The notes: a model not told the origin generated them from the letters alone. A stretch of 64,000 nucleotides of DNA from SAR324 cluster bacterium (GCA_015232315.1 JADFZZ010000027.1:482-64481); one strand, 5' to 3'; numbered from the stretch's first letter, positions 36,414 through 46,311 are shown. Program-made: numbers and translations.

Positions 36414-36905
36414 TTGTTTGGTAAAAAACGACCCGAATTTATCAAAGGTGCCACCCCCACCTATGTCGGAAGCGGAATGAAAATTGAGGGCAAGCTGCGT
36501 TGCGGTGGTCCGATCCGGATTGATGGTGAAATCCGGGGAACTATTGATTGTGAAAGTGAAATCACGATTGGCCCCTCCGCCTTGATTATCGCCACGGTCC
36601 GTGCGGCCAAAGTGGTTGTCAATGGTAAAATTGAAGGCAATTTATTCACATCGGAACATCTCGAGGTTTTGAGTCAAGGCTATATCGTCGGAAATGTGAC
36701 CACTCCACGCGGTTGTATGGTGGTGCATGAAGGCGCGATCATCGAAGGTCAATGCCTGGTATTTTCATCATCGTCATCCGCGGAGCCGTCAAAAACTCTG
36801 CTTGAGGCTCCCGACGACAGCAGAATGCTTGAAGATTTTGTCAATGAAGCCGCCAGAAATGTTTCTCACGCAGGAATGAAAGCTGCTCCCGTTTCCAGGA
36901 AATGA
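36414..36905 (+). CDS. Bactofilin
   Basis: Bactofilin (DUF583) β-helical repeats (…GSGMKIEGKLRCGGPIRIDGEIRGTIDCESEITIG…KVVVNGKIEGNLF…). TTG start giving the family-typical N-terminus 'MFGKKRPEF', preceded by an AAGGAGA Shine-Dalgarno. The longer ORF from ATG 36348 is also possible. Confidence 0.75.
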   Translation: MFGKKRPEFIKGATPTYVGSGMKIEGKLRCGGPIRIDGEIRGTIDCESEITIGPSALIIATVRAAKVVVNGKIEGNLFTSEHLEVLSQGYIVGNVTTPRGCMVVHEGAIIEGQCLVFSSSSSAEPSKTLLEAPDDSRMLEDFVNEAARNVSHAGMKAAPVSRK

Positions 36906-36906
36906 T

Positions 36907-37116
36907 ATGCGGAGTGTGTTCCTCAACGGACAAAAACATGAGGTTCCTGCACATTTCACTCTGCATCAACTGCTCAAAACGCTCCCTCTTGTGTCTCTCG
37001 AACATGGCATTGCCGTCTGTGTGAATGATGAAGTGATTCCCAGAAAAAATTGGTCCGGGTGCCAGTTGCAGGATCAAGACCGGATTGATGTCGTACATGC
37101 CACCCAGGGAGGCTGA
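36907..37116 (+). CDS. thiS: ThiS/MoaD-like β-grasp sulfur-carrier protein (C-terminal Gly-Gly)
   Basis: 69 aa, pattern 'VNDEVIPRKNW…LQDQDRIDVVHATQGG' closely parallels E. coli ThiS (…INQQIVPREQW…QDGDQILLFQVIAGG). Starts 1 nt after the bactofilin stop. Confidence 0.75.
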   Translation: MRSVFLNGQKHEVPAHFTLHQLLKTLPLVSLEHGIAVCVNDEVIPRKNWSGCQLQDQDRIDVVHATQGG

Positions 37117-37124
37117 CAACATTG

Positions 37125-38153
37125 ATGAACCCCTCAAAACACATAAAAAAGCGCTGGCAACGACGTCTGTATCGCTATCTGACACATGATGTGTTTGAAG
37201 GTCGGAGCGCCTTGCTGGACAGGATCATTTTCCGGTTATTTGGTGTCATCAACGCGATTGGCAAACGCATTTCACCGGAGTTGTTGAAAGATATCATCTA
37301 TCAGCGCCTTCTCCACTTTTTGCTAAAATCCCAGCCTTATGATGATGTCCCGCTTCAATCCATATCCGGTACCAGTGTGGAAGAAGCCATCTTTCTGGTT
37401 TACAAGAAAAAACGTTTCATGGAAGTCGCCCAACCGGGAGATGTGATTCTGGTTCGTGGCAATATGCGTATCAGTCGTGTGATTCAGACACTGACCCATT
37501 CGTCTTATAGCCATGCGGCTCTTTATATGGGACAGGGCGAAATCATCGAGGCGGAACCCGAAGGCGTGTTGTTGAGCTCGATTGACAAGTATCTGGCAAT
37601 GGATGTACGGATTTGCCGACCTGTGTTGTTGAGTGATCAGGGGGTTCAAACCGTGTTGGAACACGCACGGCACATGCTGAAAGAGCAGCCTCAATATGAT
37701 GTCAAGAACATTGAAAGTCTTCTCTTCAAGTATGTTTATAAAAAATTCAGACCTGATGTGAAAGCCTACATTGGCGGCACCACCCGGTTTGAAAAATATT
37801 ACATCTGTTCGGGTTTGATTGCCCATGGCTTTCATAAAGCAGGATACCCCATTGTTCCATCGCTAAGATTCCGGAAAAAACGTTCGCATACAATTCCAGA
37901 ACTTGAAACGCTCAAGGATTATTTCACATGGGTGTCCCACGGACACAAAAATTACAGCCAGATTGTTCCCGCTGATTTTGACAACAGTTCATTTTTCGCA
38001 ACTGTAAAATTTCTCTGCCAAAACGGGATTCCCCGCAGGCATCACAGAATTTTGATGGGGGTTGAAAATGCCGAAGAAACTTCTGTGGATACTCCGCCTC
38101 AACAAAAATCAGAGGAAGGTTCCTCTGGGGACCATGTCCAGGATTCCGCATAA
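37125..38153 (+). CDS. Permuted papain-like (NlpC/P60-superfamily, YiiX/YaeF-type) putative amidase/peptidase
   Basis: 'GDVILVRGNMRISRVIQTLTHSSYSHAALYMG' fits the YiiX-family pattern. Low-complexity C-terminal tail overlaps the convergent bioD by ~55 nt. Confidence 0.5.
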   Translation: MNPSKHIKKRWQRRLYRYLTHDVFEGRSALLDRIIFRLFGVINAIGKRISPELLKDIIYQRLLHFLLKSQPYDDVPLQSISGTSVEEAIFLVYKKKRFMEVAQPGDVILVRGNMRISRVIQTLTHSSYSHAALYMGQGEIIEAEPEGVLLSSIDKYLAMDVRICRPVLLSDQGVQTVLEHARHMLKEQPQYDVKNIESLLFKYVYKKFRPDVKAYIGGTTRFEKYYICSGLIAHGFHKAGYPIVPSLRFRKKRSHTIPELETLKDYFTWVSHGHKNYSQIVPADFDNSSFFATVKFLCQNGIPRRHHRILMGVENAEETSVDTPPQQKSEEGSSGDHVQDSA

Positions 38154-38767
38154 CGTCGAATGATACTGGCGTCAATAGAGGCCTCTTGCATGACTCGCCC
38201 CAAACACCTGACCTTAGAATATTCCATAATAAATTGTTCTGTCGCTGAATTTTCAGGGCCGTTGAATACCATTCCATAAACAGAAATCCGTCTGTGTTTC
38301 AGCAGTTCCAGTGAAAGCAGAGTATGGTTGATACTCCCCAGATAATTTTTGGAAACCAGAACTACCGGGAGGTTTAATTGGGCGATCAGATCAATCATGA
38401 GCTTGTCATGATTCAGCGGGACCATCAATCCACCGGCGCCTTCAACAACCAGTGGATGCGATGTCTGGGGCAACCGGATCTGGTCCAACTCAATGTGAAC
38501 TCCGTCTAATTCTGCCGCCGCATGAGGGGACATTGGCCGAGACAACCGAAAGGCTTCAGGATGAACCCTGAAATGTGGATGAGAAACCCAGCGTGCCATC
38601 TGGTGTGAATCTGAATCTTCCAGATTTCCAGCCTGCACGGGTTTCCAATACTCGCCCTCCAGCTTCTGGGCTAGAATTGCTGAAACTACTGATTTGCCGA
38701 CATCTGTTCCAATTCCAGTGACAAACAATTGTTCAGGAGCCTTTGACATTCGGGCTTTTCCTTTCAT
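38099..38767 (-). CDS. bioD: Dethiobiotin synthetase
   Basis: P-loop 'GTDVGKS' and the BioD fold. ATGA-coupled to the upstream aminopeptidase gene. Confidence 0.8.
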   Translation of the reverse strand: MKGKARMSKAPEQLFVTGIGTDVGKSVVSAILAQKLEGEYWKPVQAGNLEDSDSHQMARWVSHPHFRVHPEAFRLSRPMSPHAAAELDGVHIELDQIRLPQTSHPLVVEGAGGLMVPLNHDKLMIDLIAQLNLPVVLVSKNYLGSINHTLLSLELLKHRRISVYGMVFNGPENSATEQFIMEYSKVRCLGRVMQEASIDASIIRRYAESWTWSPEEPSSDFC

Positions 38768-40083
38768 GAATGCAAATAGAAAGAACGCATCAACCGGATC
38801 ATGAATTCGGTGTCATGGCTCCCGCACATTTCCCGGATCGAATGCATGGACAGCATGGCGGCACCGATATCTGCGGTCGGAATTCCCAAATCGCCGGAAA
38901 CATAAGGGCCAATCGTGCTTCCGCAAGCCAGATCGCCTCGACTTACGAACCGTTGAACAGGGATCTTTTCCTTCCGGGCCAGATTTTCCAGAATAGACTG
39001 GGTTGCGCCACTGGTTGCATAATTCCCTTTCACATTCACTTTGATCACCGGCCCCTGATTCATATGAGGAAAATGCTGGGCATCGTGCTTGTCTGAAAAA
39101 CTGGGATGTACGGCATGCGCCATATCCGCTGAAATCATGAGTGAGTGAGCCATGCTCCGTTCATAATCAGCCAGGGAATCGCTGTGAGTGTGTTGCACAA
39201 CGCGTGTGAGTACGCTCTTGAGAAAAGACGATCGTGCGCCATGGTCCGTCATACTGCCAATTTCCTCATGATCAAAACAGGCCATAACCGGAATCTGTCT
39301 GTGTTTCTCATCCGCACATCCCTGAAGTGCTGTCAGCGCGCAAAAACAGGAAAACAGGTTATCAATTCTGGAACTCACCAGAAATTCCTTGTTTTTGCCG
39401 GTCAACGCGCTTTTCTGGACATCATACAGACACAGATCAAAGCCAAGAATATCCTGAGGTGCCACGTGCAGATTTTCCCCCAACCATTCACGCAAAATAT
39501 CAGCCTGTTTATCATCGTTGGACTGTTTAATGCTGAATACCGGCAGAATTTGGGTTTGTTTGTTGAGGATCAATCCCTTGGTGTTGACCTCCCGATTCAG
39601 GTGTATGGCAAGCAACGGAATACGCAACAGGGGTTCATCAAACCGGACCAGATGTTTCTGGAGGGAACTATCCTGATTGGCGGTAAAGACCTGACCTGCC
39701 AGTGATAAATCACGATCTGTCCAACTGGCCAGAATCACTCCGCCATATTCTTCCACCCCAAGTTGCCAATATTCCTGTTGGCTGATGTTCGGGTTGGGCT
39801 TGATTCTGAGATTGGGACTGTCGGTATGGGCACCGATGATGCGGAATCCTTGTTCTGCCGGCTTATCATTCTGGATCCACGCGATCAATGAACCGCCACC
39901 CCGTGATACAAAATATCGTCCGCCTTTTTCGAGTTTCCAGGAATCGGTTTCTTTCAATTCTTCAAAACCTTGGGGTCTGAGACGCTGGACCAGACTTTCT
40001 ACCGCATGAAATGGGGTTGGAGATTCATCCAGAAAGTTCATCAAAGCCTGCGTTGAAATAACACTTTGAGTATCAGAAGACAT
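38764..40083 (-). CDS. M18-family (aspartyl) aminopeptidase
   Basis: Strong full-length resemblance to ApeB/M18 enzymes (SPTPFHAV…GAHTDSPNLRIKPNP…VIKVN…GSTIGP…MHSIRE). Confidence 0.85.
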   Translation of the reverse strand: MSSDTQSVISTQALMNFLDESPTPFHAVESLVQRLRPQGFEELKETDSWKLEKGGRYFVSRGGGSLIAWIQNDKPAEQGFRIIGAHTDSPNLRIKPNPNISQQEYWQLGVEEYGGVILASWTDRDLSLAGQVFTANQDSSLQKHLVRFDEPLLRIPLLAIHLNREVNTKGLILNKQTQILPVFSIKQSNDDKQADILREWLGENLHVAPQDILGFDLCLYDVQKSALTGKNKEFLVSSRIDNLFSCFCALTALQGCADEKHRQIPVMACFDHEEIGSMTDHGARSSFLKSVLTRVVQHTHSDSLADYERSMAHSLMISADMAHAVHPSFSDKHDAQHFPHMNQGPVIKVNVKGNYATSGATQSILENLARKEKIPVQRFVSRGDLACGSTIGPYVSGDLGIPTADIGAAMLSMHSIREMCGSHDTEFMIRLMRSFYLHS

Positions 40084-40235
40084 TTGTTTCCATGAAGTAT
40101 GAGTTATCTTTGAGACATCGGGAATGACGGGCTATATCTACCCGCACCATGATTCGAGAGTCAAGTGTCGGAAGCTTTTGAAGGTTCAAGGTCAAAGATT
40201 GAAAACGATACGCTCTTCCAGATCATGTCTCTCGG

Positions 40236-41726
40236 CTATAACAGTGAAGAGGCCAGTTCCTGAAAATCCAGTTTGACCTGATATTGTGCCAGTAATCCTC
40301 CAAGCGAAATCAACACCCGGATCATCAGAATAAAACTGTCAGGAATTTCGACCTCCACTTCTTTGAGAATCTGGAGATAAAATTGTAATTGCAACAACCC
40401 TTCCTGTGGAACACTGGCATTATGCAGAGCGTCATTCAGGCGTTGCGGATCACTGACATGAAAGCCAGCCTGAGTGAGGATCGTCGCGTAATCCACATAC
40501 AAATGGAATAACAGTGCCAGCATTATTTTCTGAAAATGACTTGTTTCCTGAGGGGTAAGCCTTCCCAGAGCGCCATAATCAAGAATCGCAATTTGTCCGG
40601 TGGGGGTTACGAAAAAATTTCCGGGATGAGGGTCGGCATGAAATATACCCACAGAAAAAATCTGTTGCATAAAACTGCCAACCAGTTCCTTAAGCACCAG
40701 CGGAGCGACACCCGGAGTGTTCTTGAGAAAATCGCGCACAGGCATGCCTTCCACAAACTCCATGCCTAAGGTGCGTGTGGTGAGCAATTCAGGAATCAGC
40801 AGTGGAAATTTCCAGGTTGTTTTGCGGTAACTTGAGCAGAATTCATTCAAGTTTCGTGCTTCCTGATAATAATCCAGTTCAAGAAGAATACTGCGCGAGA
40901 GTTCTTTGATGAACTGTTTGACATCAATTCCTTCCACACGATTGACCAGTTGTGACACCATCTGGAAAAATTTGAGGTCCGCCTTGATCATTGCGGAAAC
41001 ATCAGGGTGCTGGATTTTAAGTGCTATCGGTTGGTTGTTTCGCTTGAGAATGCCTTTGTGGACTTGTGCAATGGACGCCGTTGCCACAGGAGTTCGGTCC
41101 AGTTCCAGAAACATCTGTTCCCACTCAGCTCCCAGTTCCTGAACCAGAATTTTTTCCACTTCAATCCATTCTGTCGCAGGAGCCTGGTCCTGTAACGTGC
41201 CAAGGTGATCCAGATAAACAAGGGGTAACCAATCGGCTCTGCAACTCAAAAACTGTGCGGCCTTGATCCATGCGCCTTTTTGTCGTTTACACAGGTCGGT
41301 CAGTTCGATGGCGTTTTTTTCATGCAACAGAGCCTCTTTCTGAAGTTTTTCCTCTTCGTTGAGTCGAGAGGAATAATACTGAAACAACCTGGTTCGGATG
41401 ACGATGGACATGATCACCTGAACGGCATCAACATATCGGTCACCAAACTGAACAATGCCTCCCATCTCCAGCCAGACCTGCTTGAAACGTGACTCAACCT
41501 GTTCAAAAAGTCTGGAAACATCCAGGTTTTCAGGAAGAATCCCTGAAAGAAACACCATGAGTTGCTGTTCAACCTGAGACATTTGAGTTCCAAGGTCAAA
41601 AGGCAATTCACGCAACACTTTTTGAAGTTTAGGGTCAGAAATGACTTCTTCCAGCCATTGTCCTGTATGCTGTCCAATCTCTTCCAAAAATCGTTTGGAA
41701 CTCCGAAACAACTTGTCTAACGGCAT
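40236..41726 (-). CDS. ABC1/UbiB-family atypical protein kinase
   Basis: 'ASIAQVHKG…ALKIQHP…FHADPHPGNFFV…LDYG' ABC1 kinase motifs. Confidence 0.8.
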   Translation of the reverse strand: MPLDKLFRSSKRFLEEIGQHTGQWLEEVISDPKLQKVLRELPFDLGTQMSQVEQQLMVFLSGILPENLDVSRLFEQVESRFKQVWLEMGGIVQFGDRYVDAVQVIMSIVIRTRLFQYYSSRLNEEEKLQKEALLHEKNAIELTDLCKRQKGAWIKAAQFLSCRADWLPLVYLDHLGTLQDQAPATEWIEVEKILVQELGAEWEQMFLELDRTPVATASIAQVHKGILKRNNQPIALKIQHPDVSAMIKADLKFFQMVSQLVNRVEGIDVKQFIKELSRSILLELDYYQEARNLNEFCSSYRKTTWKFPLLIPELLTTRTLGMEFVEGMPVRDFLKNTPGVAPLVLKELVGSFMQQIFSVGIFHADPHPGNFFVTPTGQIAILDYGALGRLTPQETSHFQKIMLALLFHLYVDYATILTQAGFHVSDPQRLNDALHNASVPQEGLLQLQFYLQILKEVEVEIPDSFILMIRVLISLGGLLAQYQVKLDFQELASSLL

Positions 41727-41869
41727 AATAAGTTTCTCAGATAAAGTTTCATAAAATCGATAACAGTGCTTATTTTAACACAATAATCACTTGCACTTTT
41801 TACCCCTATTTTTTAGTGTGCGTCACTAATTTTATTACATGGAACCTACCCAAAATATGGACTCTTCTT

Positions 41870-43162
41870 ATGTTACCCATCATCAATAAAATATGCATTG
41901 TCGGCTTGGGGTATGTTGGTCTTCCTCTGGCAGTGGAATTCGCAAAAAAATTTAAAGTCGTTGGCTTTGACAAAAAACAACACCGTATTGAAGAACTGCA
42001 AAACGGCATTGATCGTACCCGCGAAGTAGACACTGAAGAACTGAAATCTGTCTCTATTGAATTTACAGCAGATCCAGCCCAAATCGGTCAATGTGAGTTT
42101 ATTATTGTCGCGGTACCGACACCCGTTACCGACAGCAAAATCCCAGACCTCACACCACTGATCAGTGCCTCAAAAACGATTGGCCAGAACATGTCACGGG
42201 GAAGTATTATTGTCTATGAATCAACCGTGTATCCCGGGGCTACCGAAGAAGATTGTGTTCCGGTTTTGGAAAATGCGTCCGGCCTGAAATGCGGAGTTGA
42301 TTTCAAGGTAGGTTATTCTCCGGAACGAGTCAATCCGGGAGATAGACAACACCGAATCACACAAATCACCAAGGTTGTTTCCGGAATGGATGCCGCTTCC
42401 TTGAAAGTTGTTTCCTCCGTTTATGGAAGTATTATCACCGCAGGTATTTTTGAAGCCGCATCTATCAAGGTCGCTGAAGCCGCAAAAGTGATTGAAAATA
42501 CTCAGCGTGATCTGAATATTGCTTTGATGAATGAACTCGCGCTTATTTTTGATAAAATGGGAATTCGTACCGCCGATGTGCTTGCGGCGGCTGGTACCAA
42601 ATGGAATTTTCTTAAATTTTCCCCTGGCCTTGTGGGCGGACACTGTATTGGCGTGGACCCCTATTACCTGACGCACAAAGCACTGTCACTGGGCTATCAT
42701 CCTGCCATGATCCTTGCCGGTCGTGGAATCAATGACAATATGGGCAGGGAAATTGTTACCAAAGTCATTCGTTTGCTCGTTCATGCGCATAAACGCCTGA
42801 CATCTTCCAAAATTCTGATTCTGGGATTTTCCTTCAAAGAAAACATTCCCGACACACGCAATACCAAAGTGATTGATCTGGTTCATGAATTCAAGGACTG
42901 GGGTTGCCAGGTCGATGTCTATGATCCGGTTGCTGATCAGGAAGAAGCTCACGAAGAATATGAAATTGAATTTATTTCGACACCCCGGGCAGGCTCATAT
43001 GATGCTGTTGTTATGGCTGTGATGCATCAGTGTTTCATCGCTGAAGGACCTCAATATATCATGCAATGGCTGAAATCTGATGAAGAGGGTGTATTTGTAG
43101 ACATCAAATCCTGCTTTCACCAAAATGATTTTCCTGAAACGGTCAAATACTGGTGTTTATAG
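41870..43162 (+). CDS. Nucleotide-sugar dehydrogenase (UDP-glucose/GDP-mannose dehydrogenase family; WbpO/TviB-like)
   Basis: N-terminal Rossmann 'ICIVGLGYVGLPLA', catalytic 'GGHCIGVDPYYL'. ATG at 41870. Confidence 0.85.
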   Translation: MLPIINKICIVGLGYVGLPLAVEFAKKFKVVGFDKKQHRIEELQNGIDRTREVDTEELKSVSIEFTADPAQIGQCEFIIVAVPTPVTDSKIPDLTPLISASKTIGQNMSRGSIIVYESTVYPGATEEDCVPVLENASGLKCGVDFKVGYSPERVNPGDRQHRITQITKVVSGMDAASLKVVSSVYGSIITAGIFEAASIKVAEAAKVIENTQRDLNIALMNELALIFDKMGIRTADVLAAAGTKWNFLKFSPGLVGGHCIGVDPYYLTHKALSLGYHPAMILAGRGINDNMGREIVTKVIRLLVHAHKRLTSSKILILGFSFKENIPDTRNTKVIDLVHEFKDWGCQVDVYDPVADQEEAHEEYEIEFISTPRAGSYDAVVMAVMHQCFIAEGPQYIMQWLKSDEEGVFVDIKSCFHQNDFPETVKYWCL

Positions 43163-43192
43163 TGTCTGACCTCCTTTGTTCACTTCATTTCA

Positions 43193-44359
43193 ATGAATCC
43201 TATGCTGATTGTAATCCCCAAAGAAATCGCTGACGGAGAAAACAGGGTAGCGGTCATTCCGCAAACGCTTGCGGCCCTGAAAAAAGCAAAACTGGATATT
43301 GTCGTCCAGAGCGGTGCTGGCGCAAGAGCTTTCATTTCTGATGAGGCTTATGCCAATGCAGGTGCCGTGATTGAAACCGATGTCCGGGCCATGTTTGCCA
43401 AAGCGGATGTAGTCCTGAAAATTCAGCCGCCAATGCAAAATAACGACGTGAACTGCCACGAAGTGGATATGCTCAAAGAGGGCAGTATCCTTATCTCTCT
43501 GCTGGATGCCTATTCCCAACTGGATGTCCTGAAAAAAATGGCTGAACGCAATATCACCACTTTCGGGTTGGAGTTTGTTCCCAGAACCACACGTGCGCAG
43601 AGCATGGACGTTCTGAGTTCAATGGCGGCAATCGCCGGCTATAGTGCAGTGCTGGAAAGTGCGGCTCTGCTACCAAAATATTTCCCGATGCTGATGACTG
43701 CCGCAGGAACCATCACACCAGCCAAAGTTTTTGTTATCGGGGCCGGCGTTGCCGGTTTGATGGCTATTTCCACAGCCAAGCGTCTGGGTGCGGTGGTGGA
43801 AGCCTATGACACTCGTCCTGTCGTTAAAGAACAGGTGGAAAGTCTGGGCGCCAAATTTGTTGAATTTGATCTTGGCACTCAGGATGCGCAGGACAAAGGC
43901 GGCTATGCCAAAGCGCAGTCAGAGGACTTTTATCGGAAACAACAGGAACAGATGGCCGCCAAAGTGGCGACTGTGGATGTTGTGATCACCACTGCCGCGA
44001 TTCCCGGGAAACCATCGCCCCGTCTGATCACAGATGCGATGATTCAACAAATGCATACCGGTTCCGTCATTGTGGATCTGGCCGCTGAACGAGGGGGTAA
44101 CGCCGAAGGCACCGTATGCGGACAAATTGTGGAAAAACATGGGGTGAAACTGGTGGGATATATAGATTATCCTTCCAGAAAATCGGTGCATGCTTCCCAG
44201 TTGTTTTCCAAAAACATCAGCACATTCTTGCTGAATATGGTCAAAGATGGTGCGCTGAATCTGAATATGGAAGACGAAATCATTAAAGGAGCACTTGTTG
44301 TGCATGAAAAACAGATTGTGCATCCGGCGTTAAAGCCTTTATTGGAACAACCACAATAA
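43193..44359 (+). CDS. pntAA: NAD(P) transhydrogenase alpha subunit, part 1 (dI)
   Basis: Alanine-dehydrogenase-like dI domain with an NAD-binding 'VIGAGVAGL' motif. Confidence 0.9.
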   Translation: MNPMLIVIPKEIADGENRVAVIPQTLAALKKAKLDIVVQSGAGARAFISDEAYANAGAVIETDVRAMFAKADVVLKIQPPMQNNDVNCHEVDMLKEGSILISLLDAYSQLDVLKKMAERNITTFGLEFVPRTTRAQSMDVLSSMAAIAGYSAVLESAALLPKYFPMLMTAAGTITPAKVFVIGAGVAGLMAISTAKRLGAVVEAYDTRPVVKEQVESLGAKFVEFDLGTQDAQDKGGYAKAQSEDFYRKQQEQMAAKVATVDVVITTAAIPGKPSPRLITDAMIQQMHTGSVIVDLAAERGGNAEGTVCGQIVEKHGVKLVGYIDYPSRKSVHASQLFSKNISTFLLNMVKDGALNLNMEDEIIKGALVVHEKQIVHPALKPLLEQPQ

Positions 44360-44375
44360 CAGAGGAGAGGTTTGC

Positions 44376-44669
44376 ATGGAGATATTCATTACATCATTAA
44401 CCGTTTTTGTGCTGGCATTGTTTGTCGGTTACGAAGTGATCACCAAGGTGCCGCCGACGTTGCATACGCCGTTGATGAGCGGTTCCAACGCGATTTCAGG
44501 AATCACTATCATTGGTGCGATTTTGCTGGCTGGCGGCAGTGAACACAGTACCTGGTTTTCATCGTTTCTGGGCTTTCTGGCCATTGTTTTCGCCATGATC
44601 AATATCGTTGGCGGATTTTTAGTGACTGACCGTATGCTGCAAATGTTTAAACGTAAAAAGAAAGGGTGA
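44376..44669 (+). CDS. pntAB: NAD(P) transhydrogenase alpha subunit, part 2 (membrane dII-a)
   Basis: 97-aa, 3-TM protein between pntAA and pntB; GAGGAGAGG Shine-Dalgarno. Confidence 0.85.
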   Translation: MEIFITSLTVFVLALFVGYEVITKVPPTLHTPLMSGSNAISGITIIGAILLAGGSEHSTWFSSFLGFLAIVFAMINIVGGFLVTDRMLQMFKRKKKG

Positions 44670-44671
44670 TC

Positions 44672-46078
44672 ATGGCACTAATCATTAACATTGCTTATCT
44701 GGTCTCTGCGGTTCTGTTTATCACTGGACTCAAGGGACTTAGTTCTCCGAAAACCGCTCCACTTGGAAACAAGCAAGGGGCTGTCGGCATGCTGATCGCA
44801 GTGCTTGCGACACTGCTGGATCGTAACGTATTGAGTTATGGATGGATTATTTTGGGAATCATCATTGGTTCCGGTATTGGTGTCTGGCTGGCAAAAAAAG
44901 TACAGATGACACAAATGCCACAAATGGTGGCTCTGCTCAATGGACTTGGGGGTGGTGCATCCCTGTTGGTGGCCGCGGCCGCCTATCTGGAAGAAGTCAG
45001 TATGGTGGCGGCTGGTTCCGCGGAACCTGGAATCGATTGGTCTGTCGCGCTGGTTCTCAGCGGTTTGATTGGTGCGGTGACACTATCCGGAAGTCTTGTG
45101 GCTTATGCCAAACTCGAAGGCCACATGGAAAACGCGTTCAAGATCCCCAATGAGAAAAATGTTCGTTTTGGCTCTGTAGGGTTATTGGCTCTGTTTTCCT
45201 TGGTGATATTGTTTGATCCAGCCAACAGCGGCTTCAGCTTGCTGATGGTTTTTGTCATCTCACTGGGACTTGGTGTTTTGCTGGTGATGGGGATCGGTGG
45301 GGCCGATATGCCGGTTGTGATTGCCCTGTTGAACTCTTATTCAGGTCTGGCCGCCGCCGCCACAGGTTTTATTCTGAACAACAATGGACTGATCATCAGT
45401 GGTTCGCTGGTAGGTGCCTCAGGACTGATTCTGAGTAGCATCATGTGTAAAGCCATGAACCGGTCACTGGTCAACGTCCTGTTTGGGGGCGCGATCGTCA
45501 GCGATGACGCCAAAGCGGCCCTGCCAGGTAAAGAATTTTATGAAGGCAAAGTCAAAAGCACTGGACCTGATGAAGTTGCCATGTTGCTGGATGGTGCTCA
45601 GAAAGTTGTGTTTGTTCCTGGGTATGGTCTTGCTGTTGCTCAGGCACAGCATGTCACTCGTGAACTGGCAGACATGCTGATCAAAAAAGGCATTGATGTC
45701 AAATACGCGATTCATCCAGTTGCGGGAAGAATGCCCGGACACATGAACGTCCTGTTGGCTGAAGCAGAAGTTCCCTACGAACAACTGGTGGAAATGGATG
45801 CCATTAATCCTGAATTTGCCCAGACAGATGTGGCCATTATTCTTGGCGCCAATGATGTCACCAATCCTGCGGCCCGTGATGATAAAAGCAGTCCTATTTT
45901 TGGAATGCCGATTCTGGAAGTTGATAAATCCAGAACTGTTGTGGTGGTTAAACGTAGCCTGAGTCCAGGTTTTGCGGGAATTCCCAATCAGTTGTTTATC
46001 AACGAAAACTCATTGATGATGTTCAGTGATGCCAAAGAAGCATTGCAGGGAATTATCAATTCAATGAAAGAATTGTAA
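44672..46078 (+). CDS. pntB: NAD(P) transhydrogenase beta subunit
   Basis: N-terminus 'MALIINIAYLVSAVLFI…GLSSPKTA' as in PntB, membrane dII, and a C-terminal NADP(H)-binding dIII. ATG 3 nt after the pntAB stop. Confidence 0.9.
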   Translation: MALIINIAYLVSAVLFITGLKGLSSPKTAPLGNKQGAVGMLIAVLATLLDRNVLSYGWIILGIIIGSGIGVWLAKKVQMTQMPQMVALLNGLGGGASLLVAAAAYLEEVSMVAAGSAEPGIDWSVALVLSGLIGAVTLSGSLVAYAKLEGHMENAFKIPNEKNVRFGSVGLLALFSLVILFDPANSGFSLLMVFVISLGLGVLLVMGIGGADMPVVIALLNSYSGLAAAATGFILNNNGLIISGSLVGASGLILSSIMCKAMNRSLVNVLFGGAIVSDDAKAALPGKEFYEGKVKSTGPDEVAMLLDGAQKVVFVPGYGLAVAQAQHVTRELADMLIKKGIDVKYAIHPVAGRMPGHMNVLLAEAEVPYEQLVEMDAINPEFAQTDVAIILGANDVTNPAARDDKSSPIFGMPILEVDKSRTVVVVKRSLSPGFAGIPNQLFINENSLMMFSDAKEALQGIINSMKEL

Positions 46079-46094
46079 AAAGCCCCATAGTTTT

Positions 46095-46122
46095 GGTTCC
46101 CAATGTTTTTCTATTGGGAACC
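46095..46122 (+). terminator. Perfect 10-bp-stem hairpin 17 nt after pntB (candidate terminator)
   Basis: GGTTCCCAATgtttttctATTGGGAACC. Confidence 0.45.
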
Positions 46123-46158
46123 GTCTTCTCCGCATTGTCTTTCCCTCACCACACGTTT

Positions 46159-46311
46159 AAGAAAATCGTCTGAAGTCTCATTCCCCTGTGAAATGTTCAA
46201 CATGACCCACCTCCGGTAAGTGCGAAGCAGAGCTTCGCCTGAGGGATAACGTGCCCCACTGGCGTAGGGCACGAGCAAAAGAAAATCGTCTGAAGTCTCA
46301 TTCCCCTGTGA
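46159..46311. repeat. Two 33-bp direct repeats (46159-46191 and 46279-46311) flanking an intact family-B repeat copy (46201-46276)
   Basis: AAGAAAATCGTCTGAAGTCTCATTCCCCTGTGA occurs twice, 120 bp apart. The enclosed segment is the uninterrupted paralog of 12067-12308. Confidence 0.55.

Noticed and set aside
46159-46311. Possible mini-CRISPR (two 33-bp repeats)
   Set aside because: Only two repeat units; the 87-bp 'spacer' is itself a copy of a genomic repeat family; no cas genes in the window.
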